Positions 1 to 11,719 of a stretch of DNA of 64,000 nt are shown here, piece by piece. A program made the translations under genes and the position numbers. The stretch is taken from sequence record OZ195934.1, one strand, 5' to 3'. Below the pieces are notes generated by a model, which did no database searches, was not told the DNA's origin, and saw nothing but the letters and a program-made list of their open reading frames with translations. Within the stretch, counting starts at the first letter, position 1. Each line of letters opens with the position of its first letter.

Positions 1-2
1 AC

Positions 3-215
3 TTAGAAGACAAAGGCGTTGTATTCTCATACGACGAGAAAGGCAGACCTTGGTGCAATCCCAAACTATGGGACGATGCTAAAGCAGAATACTGCAAAGA
101 GCATAACATCACAATGCTTATCGATGACTCACCGAACTACGTTGACTCATTCGCTGCTCTTGATACTCTGTATCTTCAGCTTACCAATACTAAACGTGAA
201 GATTGGAGAAAGTAA
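3..215 (+). CDS. C-terminal fragment of a probable HAD-superfamily phosphatase/nucleotidase (5' end outside window)
   Basis: Open frame from base 3 reads LEDKGVVF...KAEYCKEHNITMLIDDSPNYV...DWRK*; K...IDD resembles HAD motifs III/IV; the stop overlaps the next ATG (TAATG). Not in the supplied ORF track. Confidence 0.5.
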   Translation, partial: LEDKGVVFSYDEKGRPWCNPKLWDDAKAEYCKEHNITMLIDDSPNYVDSFAALDTLYLQLTNTKREDWRK

Positions 216-3200
216 TGTACGCTCTCAACCCTGACTTTATTAAACGTGCGATTCAACAAGGCGATGCATTCAAACGCGTCGCTGAGATAATCGGTCAAGC
301 GCGTCACGATCACTCGCAACTGCAAAACTGTGTGATACTTGATACACGCGTTGTCGTTGTGCTGTTCGTTGCAGGTCATACTAAACGTGAGTTCGTTACG
401 TACGAAGAGATCAGCGACTACATTCACGAACACGATGTTCAATTCACATAGGCAATATCATGACATTTGATCCTAAAATGAAATCAGCACGCATCATGCA
501 AGAGTATGAACAACTCAAAGATGCTGTGACTCAATGCATTGACTTGCGTGATGATGAGTCTGTAACTCACGTTGAATACTGTAGACAAAGCAATGTGTTC
601 ACTGCTGTTGTCGCTACTGATATGTGGCTCGACAATATACAAGTCGATGGCATTACTGTTGAAACTAAATTGAGAGAAATCGATGAGCTTGAACAAAACA
701 TTCGCGAACAAAATCGCTAGAAGCATCGTGCGTCTGTGTAATCTCAATGAACACGAACGCGTAACTGATATGAAACGTGATGAAGATATGATTATCGTCA
801 CGACTAATCAACGCGATATCATTCTAGACGCTGACGAAATCGCTAAACTGTCTGCTGTAATTAAAGATTGGGAATAACATGAACGCACATGATACTGTTA
901 AACATTACCAACGCATTAAACGAGCAATCGTTACCATCATCGATGAGAACTTCAAAGGCAACTTCACTATCATGGATGCTTTCTATGATGATGAACACAA
1001 GCATTGGGAAGTTAGCGTCTACGATAATGGCGAAACAGTTGAATACTTCATTACTTCGCATGAACTCGACTGCCGATTCGAATTCGAAGACATGAAACTG
1101 TCTGTTCCATTACCTGATGTGCTGTGCATGAACGACGACGTGCTCGACGAACTGAAGAGAAAGCTATGGACGTAAAAGAAACTGTCAATAGACACGCGTT
1201 CATCTTTAAGAAACTCGATGAACTGCTTGAACTAAGCGCGTGCCAATACACTGACCTTGTAGTATGGGATGATGAACGCGAACTGTTCGAAGTCTGCATC
1301 GTCACTGAATCAGAGAATGGCACTGAATATGATGACGTTGAAGTAACGCTCATCGCAATACAAAACTATATCGATAAGGAACTATCATGAATAGCATGAG
1401 ACTAGCACTACCAACTTACCTGCAACATCTAACCGTTGTTGAGAACTCTATCACTGTTGATTCTGCACGCGATAAAGCATTGCTTGTTGAATGGCTGAAG
1501 TCAGCGAAAGCTAAGTTCACTATTGAACAAACAACTATCTCGCGCTGTGTCTATCACGTTAAACGTATCGAGGCGTAATATGAGTCACACGATGAAAGCA
1601 ATGCTGCACACGCTTGAACAAACTGAAATGGCTATTGCACAAGAGTTTGATCTCGATGAACTGTGGCACGGACTGGTTGACTGCACTAACGATAACTTTG
1701 TGTTCTCTATCTGTACCGATGACGTGAAAGATGTCGAACAAGTGCTTGAACAAATACGTGAAGTAAGCTATCAGTTCGATACCATTGATGACCTCAACGA
1801 TGGCGATTGCTATGCCATTGAAGTATACGGCACTAGCGTATGGTTGAGCAAAGACAAACAGTATTGCTTAGTCGTTGGCTCTCAAAACAATCTCGACATG
1901 AACTTCTATCTGTTTGATATGAAGAACAATCGTAATAACGAATGGACTGACGAGTAATGCCGTACGCAATCATCTTGACTAATACTAATGGCGAAACATG
2001 CGAAATCAAACCATTGGTTAACAACTCACTCAAATCTGAATATGGTCTTGAGTGCCGTAAGATTCAACAAAACGCTGCTCTACTCGCTAAACGAATAGAG
2101 AAATTCGACGACGTTGAATCATGTGTCGTTAAACACTATTAACTGAAGCGCAATCACAAGAAAGTGGTTGCGCTTTTTTTTGCAATCAGTATAATGAACA
2201 CAAGAAACAAAAGAATCAAATCGGAGAACATTATGACACTCATTATCTCATTCGTACTCGCTGTCATTACTATCATGACATTCGTTAGTGCTATTAAAAA
2301 CTTCAGCTTCTTGCTGCTACTCCTAAGCGCAATCACTGGACTATGCTCGTACATAATGCTGTACGCGTCATTCATGTAAGGAACAACTATGTCTATTCTA
2401 ATCGCATTGCTAATGGCTTTCTTTGCCATGATGCTGTTCATCAATCTCGTTACTGATTTCTTAACGCTATCAGATACACGATTCTTTGTAATAGCTCTAG
2501 CTATCGCAACTATCGTTAATGCCGCTCACCATATCATTACACATCTATACGGAGTACCACTATGATTGTACAATTGCAGAAACTCATTGAAGAAAACAAC
2601 TCTCACGAGAACTCTATCAATGGCAATATGCTGTTCGCTGAAGTAAACGCGATTCAAGCTCGTATCACTCTCAATAAAGTAGAGATAGAAGAACTGAGCA
2701 AGCAACTCTTTAAACAATTCGTGCAAGTCATTAAAAGAAACAAACACGAAGGCAAATACGATAGAGCTGCTAATCGTTACACTCAGTTCTGGAGCTTCAT
2801 TGAACTAGACAATAAGTTTCTTACTGTTAATCTACGCTATGATGGCTATGATGAACCAGATACGTATGAAGACGTACAAATACCATTACTTGCATTGACT
2901 AATGAAGAACAATTCGCTAAACAACAAATCATTACTCTTGCTCAACAACGTGTAGAATGGAGCATTAGCCATCTAGCTAGACTAGAGAAAGAAATCGTGA
3001 CTGCGCGTGAACGTCTTGCTAAAGATAACGCTGAACTACAACAACTGGTGAACTCAAATGATTAAAGCTATCTGTAATGACATTACTTCTCCTCGTGTAG
3101 ACGATAACACTAAATTACCAACTGGCATTACCGTCGGCTCTTGCTACTCAGTACACATGTACAACGATAACGCAGATAACAACAAACGTCCTCCTATGAT

Positions 3201-3273
3201 TCGTATCACGAACGACTTAGGACAACGCGCTTCGTATGCTGCTGAACGCTTTACACTGCTGCTGAACGAATAA
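215..3273 (+). other. Array of about 11 small, tightly packed hypothetical phage ORFs (60-170 aa), including two short membrane peptides at 2233-2379 and about 2389-2565
   Basis: Consecutive + strand ORFs with overlapping stop/start codons and SD-like motifs; no recognisable family motifs. Confidence 0.75.
2154..2232 (+). promoter_or_regulatory. sigma70-type early promoter cassette
   Basis: TTGCGC 2168-2173, TATAAT 2190-2195, followed by the RBS GGAGAACATT and ATG at 2233; matches the cassette repeated throughout the window. Confidence 0.75.
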
Positions 3274-3857
3274 ACAACGCAACTGTACTCTAACAACACG
3301 CTCGTTCAATACAGAAGCTCTCAGAAGCTCTCAGAGCGTGTTACAGACGATATCAGATGTAATGCTTTTTCATATGACGCACCATGCCTCGTTATTATCA
3401 GCAAATGGTATGACGTGAGAGAATATCACTATGATGTGGGTATGAACGTGTGTCATAAGTGTTTGAATAATATCGCGTCGTACAGAAATATGCAGTATAA
3501 TGAGCTGCGAATTGTGTGTTGGTTAGATGATTGAGATAGAGTGACGAAAATTGGTGAAGTCTCACGCGGACACGTGTAGTCGAGAACAGCCAAGAATGGT
3601 ACACAATTTCGAAAAGGCTAAGCCATCCGCAGATGATTGACAGAAAAGATTTGACACGCTGCGGTTGGTTGTGTTAGCGTAGTCCAGTCCAATAACATAG
3701 AGAGAATGACAGATGATTACATTAAGTGTGTTTTACATAGCGCGAGACATGCCATATGGTGAGCGTCCCGAAGAGTTATATTGGGGTACGGTGTTGATAG
3801 ACGTATTGATGTTTCCAACCGCGTACTTTTTACTTGAATTACTGATGAGAACGTAAG
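3274..3857. other. Longest apparently non-coding interval; several promoter-like hexamers
   Basis: No convincing ORF; CAGAAGCTCT duplicated at 3312-3331; TATAAT near 3496; two TTGACA hexamers near 3636-3655. Confidence 0.55.
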
Positions 3858-3920
3858 ATGAAGCAGATACGTAGACAGAAAAAGCAGCTTGATAAGCAAG
3901 CACTGGTGCAAGATGGTACA

Positions 3921-4442
3921 ATGATCCAAGCATCGAACCATTACAACTCGTACACTGGTTACAAGATGACAATGCCAACTATCAAAGAGATTGAGGGTGG
4001 TACTTGTTTGGTAACAGATGAGAAGTATTTGAAGATATCGTTTGACTCGATGAATGGTTCAGTTGCACGCGGTGAGCGAGATCATGTGCAAGTTAAAGCT
4101 CGATTGCAGTTGCCAGCCAAAGATTGGGCGTGGTATAACTGTAAATGGGTTGGTGATCAGTTGAAATACTTGTACAAAGAGACAGATTTCGTTGATGAAG
4201 AGAACGTATTTGTTGTTGGTGAGTTGATTGACGTACGCGCCATTGGTGATTTCGTTGATGAAGACGAAGTATTAGAGGGTACAGTCGTAGCAGTGAACGA
4301 TACACAGATGGCGGTAGAAGTAAATGGCTTGTTTGTTGTATTCGCTCCGAACGAGTTAGCCAGTACAGAGTCGGTCAGTTCTTGCAGTGAGTTTGTCATT
4401 GATGGTCATTACTTTGCCACTACAGATGATGAGCGCGAGTAA
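3921..4442 (+). CDS. Hypothetical beta-rich (SH3-like repeat) protein
   Basis: Contains IGDFV...LEGTVVAVND; a similar segment occurs in 6949-7461. Start uncertain (ORF is open from 3858). Confidence 0.6.
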   Translation: MIQASNHYNSYTGYKMTMPTIKEIEGGTCLVTDEKYLKISFDSMNGSVARGERDHVQVKARLQLPAKDWAWYNCKWVGDQLKYLYKETDFVDEENVFVVGELIDVRAIGDFVDEDEVLEGTVVAVNDTQMAVEVNGLFVVFAPNELASTESVSSCSEFVIDGHYFATTDDERE

Positions 4443-4471
4443 AAACGATTAATTTCAATTATTTTCGGTAA

Positions 4472-4537
4472 AGGGGTTGACGATTGTCAGCCCTTTTTGC
4501 TATATTAGCTCTATCGAAACGAACAAGAGAGCACATT
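4472..4537 (+). promoter_or_regulatory. Fused terminator hairpin / sigma70 promoter cassette
   Basis: GGGTTGAC-GATT-GTCAGCCC-TTTTT with -35 TTGACG (4477-4482) in the 5' arm; TGcTATATT at 4498-4506; conserved ATCGAAACG; ATG at 4538. Confidence 0.8.
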
Positions 4538-4795
4538 ATGACTTCAACTAAGCTGATTACACGTAGCAAAATCAATCACGATTCACTTTGGGTAAAGATT
4601 CTTACGTCTGATAAGAGTGAAGTCAAGCTGTTCATTGGTCGTAGTGGTGTACGTATTACGCGTAAAGCGACTGCTGCCAATGCTGAACTTATGCGTACAG
4701 TTGGTGAGAACATGACTACCATGTTCCAAGACTTGTACAAAAGCGGCTCTTCATATGGTGAAATCATCAACAAGATTGAAGCTGCATACAAGTAA
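4538..4795 (+). CDS. Hypothetical early protein
   Basis: First ORF after the promoter cassette; RBS GAGAGCACATT. Confidence 0.7.
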   Translation: MTSTKLITRSKINHDSLWVKILTSDKSEVKLFIGRSGVRITRKATAANAELMRTVGENMTTMFQDLYKSGSSYGEIINKIEAAYK

Positions 4796-4904
4796 ATCCA
4801 CCAGCTATAGTCACAAAAAGCGTATAATTAGTCACTTGTATTCGTATTTTCCCGGGGATTTGCGAACGCGAGTGCATATTTAGTCGAAAAATGGAGTAAA
4901 AAGT

Positions 4905-5453
4905 ATGTTTTATCGTATGAAATGGGATGATCAGACGCGTTTTGAGCCATTGAAGAGTGGTGAATTACTGGTATTGGATATAGACGGTCGTCGTATATCG
5001 GGTATGTATGATGGTGTATCGCGTTTATGTGTTGGTGATATTTCAGTTGAGCTAGACGAGTATGCCATTGATGGTGAGTCTATAGAGTACGTGTTGAATG
5101 TACGTAAGCGTGCGACGTATGGTTTTGCTCATGGTTACGAGCGCGTATATTGGGTAAATGGTGTAATGAGTCGTCGAATTGTAGAGCGCGTGCAAGTAAA
5201 AGTGCCGTATGAGCTTGGTATTGGTGATGAGATATACGGTATTACGAAAGAGCTAGATGAAGATGGTGAATATATTACTGCTGATTTAGAGATAATTCGC
5301 TTGACAGGTGCGTATGTGTTATGTGAGAATAGCGGCACGCCTGTGATATTCGACTTAACACGGCCATGTAAGCGTAACACCATTAGCTATTATGCAAGTC
5401 AGTGTGGCAAGTACGAGTGGTTTACACGTTATCAACTAGAGAGTGAGTTATGA
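4905..5453 (+). CDS. Hypothetical beta-rich protein
   Basis: 182-aa ORF with GGAG RBS; has an IGDEI segment resembling those in 3921-4442 and 6949-7461. Confidence 0.7.
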   Translation: MFYRMKWDDQTRFEPLKSGELLVLDIDGRRISGMYDGVSRLCVGDISVELDEYAIDGESIEYVLNVRKRATYGFAHGYERVYWVNGVMSRRIVERVQVKVPYELGIGDEIYGITKELDEDGEYITADLEIIRLTGAYVLCENSGTPVIFDLTRPCKRNTISYYASQCGKYEWFTRYQLESEL

Positions 5454-5833
5454 CCATTTTAGAATTGTTCCAAGAGAAAGCACGTATGTTGTTAGACGAC
5501 GCGGTGTTTATTCGTAACCCTGATTGCTATAGCTGTCAGAATTTAGAAGTACACGTGCGTGAAGTTGCGGGTTCGTATTGTGGTGTTCATGATGAGCTTT
5601 ATCGTTTACAGACGGGGTTCAAAGAAATGCTGCGAACTGATCCGATGGCAGTAATTGGTTTTGAGCTTGCAGAGCCATCTTTGAAGCGTTTAGCAAGTGG
5701 TAATTGCACTGCGTTCGTTCATGTTGTATGCTACGATGAGAACGAAAACATGTACGAAGACGAAGAACTAGCTGCGCGATTCATTGCTGCACGTACAGCA
5801 TGGTTACAATTCATTATTGACAAAGAGGTTTAA
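5450..5833 (+). CDS. Hypothetical protein, tandem paralog 1 of 3
   Basis: MTILELFQEKA...CTAFVHVVCY...AAWLQFIIDKEV pattern shared with the next two genes. Confidence 0.8.
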   Translation: MTILELFQEKARMLLDDAVFIRNPDCYSCQNLEVHVREVAGSYCGVHDELYRLQTGFKEMLRTDPMAVIGFELAEPSLKRLASGNCTAFVHVVCYDENENMYEDEELAARFIAARTAWLQFIIDKEV

Positions 5834-5834
5834 C

Positions 5835-6215
5835 ATGACCATTCTAGCTTATTTCCAAGAGAAAGCAATTCAACTTCTAGAAGACGAGTCTTTTCTTGGT
5901 AATCCGAACGAGTACACTTGCCATGATATGATGGCTCATGTGCCACGTTTGTATGACTCGCGTGACATTAGCAAAGAGATTGAATGCCTGCAAGAGCTAT
6001 TCAAAGCTAAATTGCTTGCTGATTCGATGTCATTGACGGGGTATGAGCTGTCGCGTACGTCTCGAAACATCATGACTGATTCGCTTTGTACTGCGTTTGT
6101 GCATGACGCGTGCTACTCTGAAGAGGGTGGCAAATACGTTTCCGAGCAATACGACGCGGTATTTACTGCTACTCGTAAAGCATGGTTACAATTCATCATT
6201 GAGCAAGAGGCTTAA
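5835..6215 (+). CDS. Hypothetical protein, tandem paralog 2 of 3
   Basis: MTILAYFQEKA...CTAFVHDACY...KAWLQFIIEQEA; start assigned from the GAGG RBS and ATG at 5835. Confidence 0.8.
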   Translation: MTILAYFQEKAIQLLEDESFLGNPNEYTCHDMMAHVPRLYDSRDISKEIECLQELFKAKLLADSMSLTGYELSRTSRNIMTDSLCTAFVHDACYSEEGGKYVSEQYDAVFTATRKAWLQFIIEQEA

Positions 6216-6216
6216 C

Positions 6217-6612
6217 ATGAACATTCTCAAATTGTTCCAAGAACACGCGGCTGAACTGATTCAAGATGACGACTTTCTACAGAACAGAAACATGTACAGT
6301 TGCACTCAGATGTCCACCAATGCGACTATGAAAGCAATGGAAAGTGGTAAGGTCTATTCTAGTGTGTCTGATGAAATTGAATCATTGCAAACTGAATTCA
6401 GAAAACTTTTGCGAGAAGACGCGAAATCTGTGCTTGGATTTGAGCTTCCGCCACGCGTACTTGAAGATCTAGAGAGCCCTTATTGTACTGCGTTCGTACA
6501 TACTGCTTGTTACGATGAGCATGACGAAGAATACACGGGTGATGAATACACACAACGATTTGTAGCAGCCCGTAAAGCATGGTTACAATTCATTATTGAC
6601 AAAGAGGCTTAA
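6217..6612 (+). CDS. Hypothetical protein, tandem paralog 3 of 3
   Basis: MNILKLFQEHA...CTAFVHTACY...KAWLQFIIDKEA. Confidence 0.8.
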   Translation: MNILKLFQEHAAELIQDDDFLQNRNMYSCTQMSTNATMKAMESGKVYSSVSDEIESLQTEFRKLLREDAKSVLGFELPPRVLEDLESPYCTAFVHTACYDEHDEEYTGDEYTQRFVAARKAWLQFIIDKEA

Positions 6613-6613
6613 C

Positions 6614-9600
6614 ATGACATTACACGAGCTATTTCAGATTTCAGAAGACCATCCGTATTACTGTGCGACTTCGAACTTTTACAGTAACGACGCGACTGGT
6701 CATCACGCCACCATGACTGACTTCTTAGATGAGTTTGAAGACGCCGACGTTGACATGAATTACGTGTTTCGTTGGGACATTGATTTTCACGATGGTTCTT
6801 ATTCTGCTGAAGTGCATATGATTGCGCAGCGTAAAGGTATTTTCATGCCGCAGATCATCGAACGTATTGAAGAGCACGAAGTCGAGCGATTCTTAGATTA
6901 CTTGAAACGCCACAAAGACGTTGGCGACTTACTATGGAGCGGTATCTAATGCAGATCATCAAAACAGAAGAAACTAAAGAGCGCAAGAAAGTACCGGCTT
7001 ATACTGGTCAAGTCGCCAAGCTGATTACACGCGACTCGAAGATATTCGGTACATTGCACTCAATCGAAGGCACTAATCGATTCGTTCTAATCACCGTAGA
7101 TGGTACTGAAGTACACCCAATTCAACTAGGGCTTAATCTCACGCCATTGTATCAACTACTCGATGAGCAAGGTAACGCGTTTGATTATCACAACGGTCGC
7201 CTTATCACGCTTGGTGAAGAAACGACTGTAACGACGACCAAGCAAGTTGATATTGTCGTTGGTGATAAGATTACAATGGCGAAGAAGCGTTCAGACCAAG
7301 AAGTCGTTGGTACTGTTGTTGCTGTAGACGCCATGCATCTAGTCATTGCTGATGGTACAGATTGGTACTTGTTCAATTGCGGCAATGCGAGATCACAAGC
7401 CAATCTTGAGAGCGAATGCAGCTTTATGTACATCCCTGGCAAATTGACGGCTAAGACATGAGCTGGTGGGCATTGCCTCTAGCATACTTCGTGATTGCTG
7501 CTTTGTATTACTTGTTCTGTGTAACACACGACTACGTGCTTTACATATGGAAAGGTATACTTGACAATAAAGCACCAATCACCAGTCTTACTACGCATAA
7601 AATTTATGCATTGGTGAGTTTATTATGGCTCCCAATGCTGATATTCTTAACGTACTGTCATTTCAACAACAAGAGAAAAACATGAAAGACTACAACCAAG
7701 TTCTATTGAACGTGAACTACACTAGCGGCACTCGTGTTGCATTCTGGGTTCATAGCTTTACGTACGAACGTTCTATGAGCCAATCGAACATTACGTGGGA
7801 TTCTAGCGGGTTTACGCCAGTCACTAATGACGCTGTAACTCGTGAAGATTTATCACTTGCGGGCATCATTTATGCAGTACGCCCCTTGAAACTAGCGATG
7901 GACTTTGATACAATCGAATCAGTGTTCGTTCTTTCTGAATACAATGGCGAAGATGGAGATAAACCAGATGACGCTGAATAAAATCTACGAAGGCGTTCTG
8001 ATCGTCTTCGGCTTAATCGGGGCTGTAATACTGGCTATTGTCGGCATTGTATGGAGCGTTATCGAGTTCTGCATTGGCATTGCGCTAATGATCTTGACTG
8101 CGATGTTCGGTGCTCTATGTGCTCTAGTCGGTATTGTCATTGCTTGCGTCATTTACCCATTCGCTAAGATTGGTGAATATTTTGGAACTGATAAATCTAA
8201 TTCCGACAAGTAAGCGTATATGGCCAGTTCTAGACATGTGTCGTTGTGACACGTGTCTTACTGAAATGCATACGTCGAAAGCGATAGACGATCATGGTCA
8301 TCATGACGGGTGGGAAATGCCCCCTTATACGATGTACATGTGTCCGTTATGCACTGACGGTTATATGGAAGATTTCTGGCCAAGTCATGAGTCTTACATG
8401 AACTGGCGTACTGAAACAGAGCTATCGCCAGAAGAATTCAAACGACTTTACTATGGAGATTGGCAATGCGAGACGTAACATATATCGTACGACCAGTATT
8501 ATTCGGGTTATTCTGGAAAGTGGTTTTACACGCGAACAGCTATGACCGACGCACAATGAGCTTTCATTTATCGCATTATGCAGCTTCAAGCGCAGCCGTA
8601 ACGTATAGGAATAGCTAATGACCGACAAAATGCAGCTAGTGTTATCTCAAATTCGCAATGGTGATATGACGGTTATTATGCATATCAATGCTGCGGGTGA
8701 TAAGTGCTTTACTTCATTGCTCGACAATACGCCAACCTTGTATTTGACATTGACTTGTCGCGCTTTACTGAAAGCGGGCTTAATACAACCAACACAGACT
8801 GAATACGGTCTGATGATGAAATAGGAACTCATATGCAAATCGGAGACAAGGTGATTGTTGTAGCAGCACCTGCTAGTAACTATCATATCATCAATGGCGA
8901 AGAAGTAACGATCATCAATATGTTCATGTACAAAGACAAAGCGGTCTTTACTTTCATTCATAAAGACATCGGCTATGGCGCGATGCAAGCTCACGGATTC
9001 AAGGTGAAATAATGTTCTATCGATTCTGGGAAACAGACGACGGCGATATGCTAGTTGAAATGCTCGACGACTTGTGCGACGAGGTTGGTACTAAAGCGTA
9101 TATGACAGACATGAACGAAGTCTACCGTACTGAGAGCGGTCGCCATATGCTATTGCAACATGTTCACAATTGGGGTACAGTCGATTTCCAAGATTGGGAT
9201 ATTCGTACTTTACGCGGTCTTGGCAGCTCTATTGAAATGCCGAGTTTAACGCTGTCTCCAAGCGACAAAAGCGTGCTTGAACGTACGGTGAAGAAAGAAG
9301 GGCTTGACTATGCTATGCTGCACTACAGCAAGTATGACGGTGACGTTGGTTTCAACAAAGTCGATTCCAACGAGTTTCACGGTCTGAGAAACGCCTTTGT
9401 CGATGCTCGTCAACAACTACAATCGTGGTTAGCACTGAACGGGATCACTGAATGAACGTAGAAACAATTGACAGAGAGCTATCGATCATACGCAAGCGCA
9501 TATTTGCACTACGTAATGCCGAGCGCGTTCTCTATTCTGAACGTCGAAAAGCAATCTCTGGCGAACCACCTGTTCTACGTACTGGTGATTTACGTTACCG

Positions 9601-10979
9601 TAGTCGTGACGGTCATAGTGGCGTTCAAGATTATGAGAACAATATGTTCTATCGTTTCTTCAACGAATGGGTTTACAATGACATTTTCATTGTGCCAGTT
9701 GCTGGTGGACAGAAGTTCATGCGTTGTCGAGTAGAGCGCCATGCATATGACGGTTATGTTGATCTCATCAAAATAGGAATGTGTGAATGAGTGAAATGGA
9801 ATACAACAAGGGTACGTTACGCCCCGTAACAGATGAACAGTTACAAAAGTTAGACATAGACTTGCCGATTTATTACGACAACATCTACCAATACTTGAAA
9901 GAAGACGGTGCTGAATGGGGCATTCATTTCTTAAACGGTCGTTTCTACGAAGTGAACTATGAAGCCGAGTCTGAAGAACTCACTCATATCGCACGTGCTA
10001 CAGAAGAGCCGAATGGTGACATTCAGTTTGAGACGTATCACTATAACGGTGGTGGTCATTGGACAGAGGTCGTTGAGAAAGCACTTAAAGGTGATATGTA
10101 ATGAAATCATACGCAGTCAAATTCAAAAGCGGTGGTTATGTTCACGAGAACTGGGACTATCAGATTGGTAGTCTTAGATACGAGGGCAATCACACCGATG
10201 ACATTAATAAAGCAAAGCTTTGGAAGAAGCTAGGCATGGTACAGAACTTCATGCGCAATAACGGTCGTTTTTATTCGTCTCGTGGTGAATACGTGATTGT
10301 GGTGATTGAACAAGTGCGCGTAGAAATGGGAGCTATGGGATGAACACAGAAGTCCATGAGTGGATTGATGAGTTGAACGCGTTGTACAAGCGTGGTAGAG
10401 CAGATGATTATCAGTTTGTACAAGCCGATGCTACATTGCACCAAGAGCTTTACTACAAGATTGTAGCAGCGGCAGTAGCTGAATCGTTCCCGATGACAAT
10501 GGTACAGACTGAGAAGCTAGATCGTTACAACATTCTAGTTGATGTGTATAGTCGTGCCGGTCCGCAGCCATATTCGGCTGATAATGAAGTCACTAAAGCG
10601 CAACACGATCTTATGCGTTCACTTGGTGTAGATACACGCGGTTAGGAGCAATCAAATGAGAATAGTTAAGCTCGAAGAGCAGATGAAAGAACTCCAAGCG
10701 GAGATTGACAAAGAGCGCAGTAAGTGTGCTCATACGCGAGTAACTTACAAGATGACCGCCTCTGATGGTGATCCGTATAGTCGTGACACGTATTACAATA
10801 CGGTGCGTTGTATCGACTGTAAAACTGTGCATCGTTTTTGTTCAGACGATGATATCACGAACTATCATATGCGTGGTGAGATTGGTAGTGCGTATGCTAT
10901 TGAAGAAAGCAAGTACAAGGTTTATCTTGAAGTCTTAGCGAAGATCGATGGTACGCCAGTTCCGCCTTACCCGTACTAA
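6614..10979 (+). other. Array of about 14 small hypothetical ORFs, several hydrophobic or Cys-rich (e.g. 6614-6949, 6949-7461, 7458-7685, 9012-9455, 9787-10101, 10656-10979)
   Basis: Contiguous + strand ORFs with overlapping stop/start codons; no family recognised. Confidence 0.7.
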
Positions 10980-11001
10980 ATACATTTCTTTGGGGTATAC
11001 A

Positions 11002-11712
11002 ATGAAGTTCGAACAGTTTATGGAATCGTTGAATCGCACAGTGCCGATACGTTGGAATCATTCGCCTAGCAGAGACCAAGGTGTATTTCGTGTTGGTAGT
11101 GAAGAGTATCACATACAGATTAGCAAGCTGAACAATGAAAGCACATTGAACGTGTCATTCACGGGTGCTAATGCCGATGGTGAGCAATCTCATAGCGCGA
11201 GTGGTAAAGGGAATGAGTTAACGGTACTAGCTACGGTTATACAAGGGATACGTGAGTCTATTGAGCTATACGATCCAGCCAAGATATCATTCGTAGCGAA
11301 TGCAGACGTATCGAGTCGTAAAAAGCTTTATGACAGAATGGTGAAGAAGTTCGCGAAAGAAGAGAATTACAAGTACATCATTTCTGGTGATAACTATACG
11401 CTAGTGCGTGACAGCAAGAAGCATATGTCTTTGCCGAAGCACGATGACTTGAGCGACGCTATGCTATCGCCAGCCACTGTTGATGACGACCTCATTATGG
11501 CGGTTGGATTTGATTCAAGCGATTTATCTGAGAAAGAGATAGACATTTTAGCAGCGCATCCCGACTTGTATGGTTTTACTATTGGTGATCAGACATGGAC
11601 AGACGTGATGATTCCAGATGGTGAACAGCCGAGCGTAGCCGCGATTGAATCAGTGTTTAACAGCATTGGGTTATCGAGTATCATACCTAAGATTAAGTAT
11701 TACGCAAATTAG
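11002..11712 (+). CDS. Hypothetical protein with MKFEQFME N-terminus, possibly a late head-internal protein
   Basis: N-terminus resembles the T4 capsid-targeting sequence pattern MKT(Y/F)xEF(I/L)xE; CTAAATA at 10976-10982 upstream. Confidence 0.55.
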   Translation: MKFEQFMESLNRTVPIRWNHSPSRDQGVFRVGSEEYHIQISKLNNESTLNVSFTGANADGEQSHSASGKGNELTVLATVIQGIRESIELYDPAKISFVANADVSSRKKLYDRMVKKFAKEENYKYIISGDNYTLVRDSKKHMSLPKHDDLSDAMLSPATVDDDLIMAVGFDSSDLSEKEIDILAAHPDLYGFTIGDQTWTDVMIPDGEQPSVAAIESVFNSIGLSSIIPKIKYYAN

Positions 11713-11719
11713 GTGAAAC

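Noticed and set aside
3312-3335. CAGAAGCTCT x2 as origin iterons
   Set aside because: Only two copies, too few on their own; noted only as part of the intergenic-gap finding.
5790-6620. Three roughly 40-bp direct repeats as a possible CRISPR array
   Set aside because: Spacing is about 380-400 bp and the repeats are the coding 3' ends of paralogous genes; no cas genes are present.
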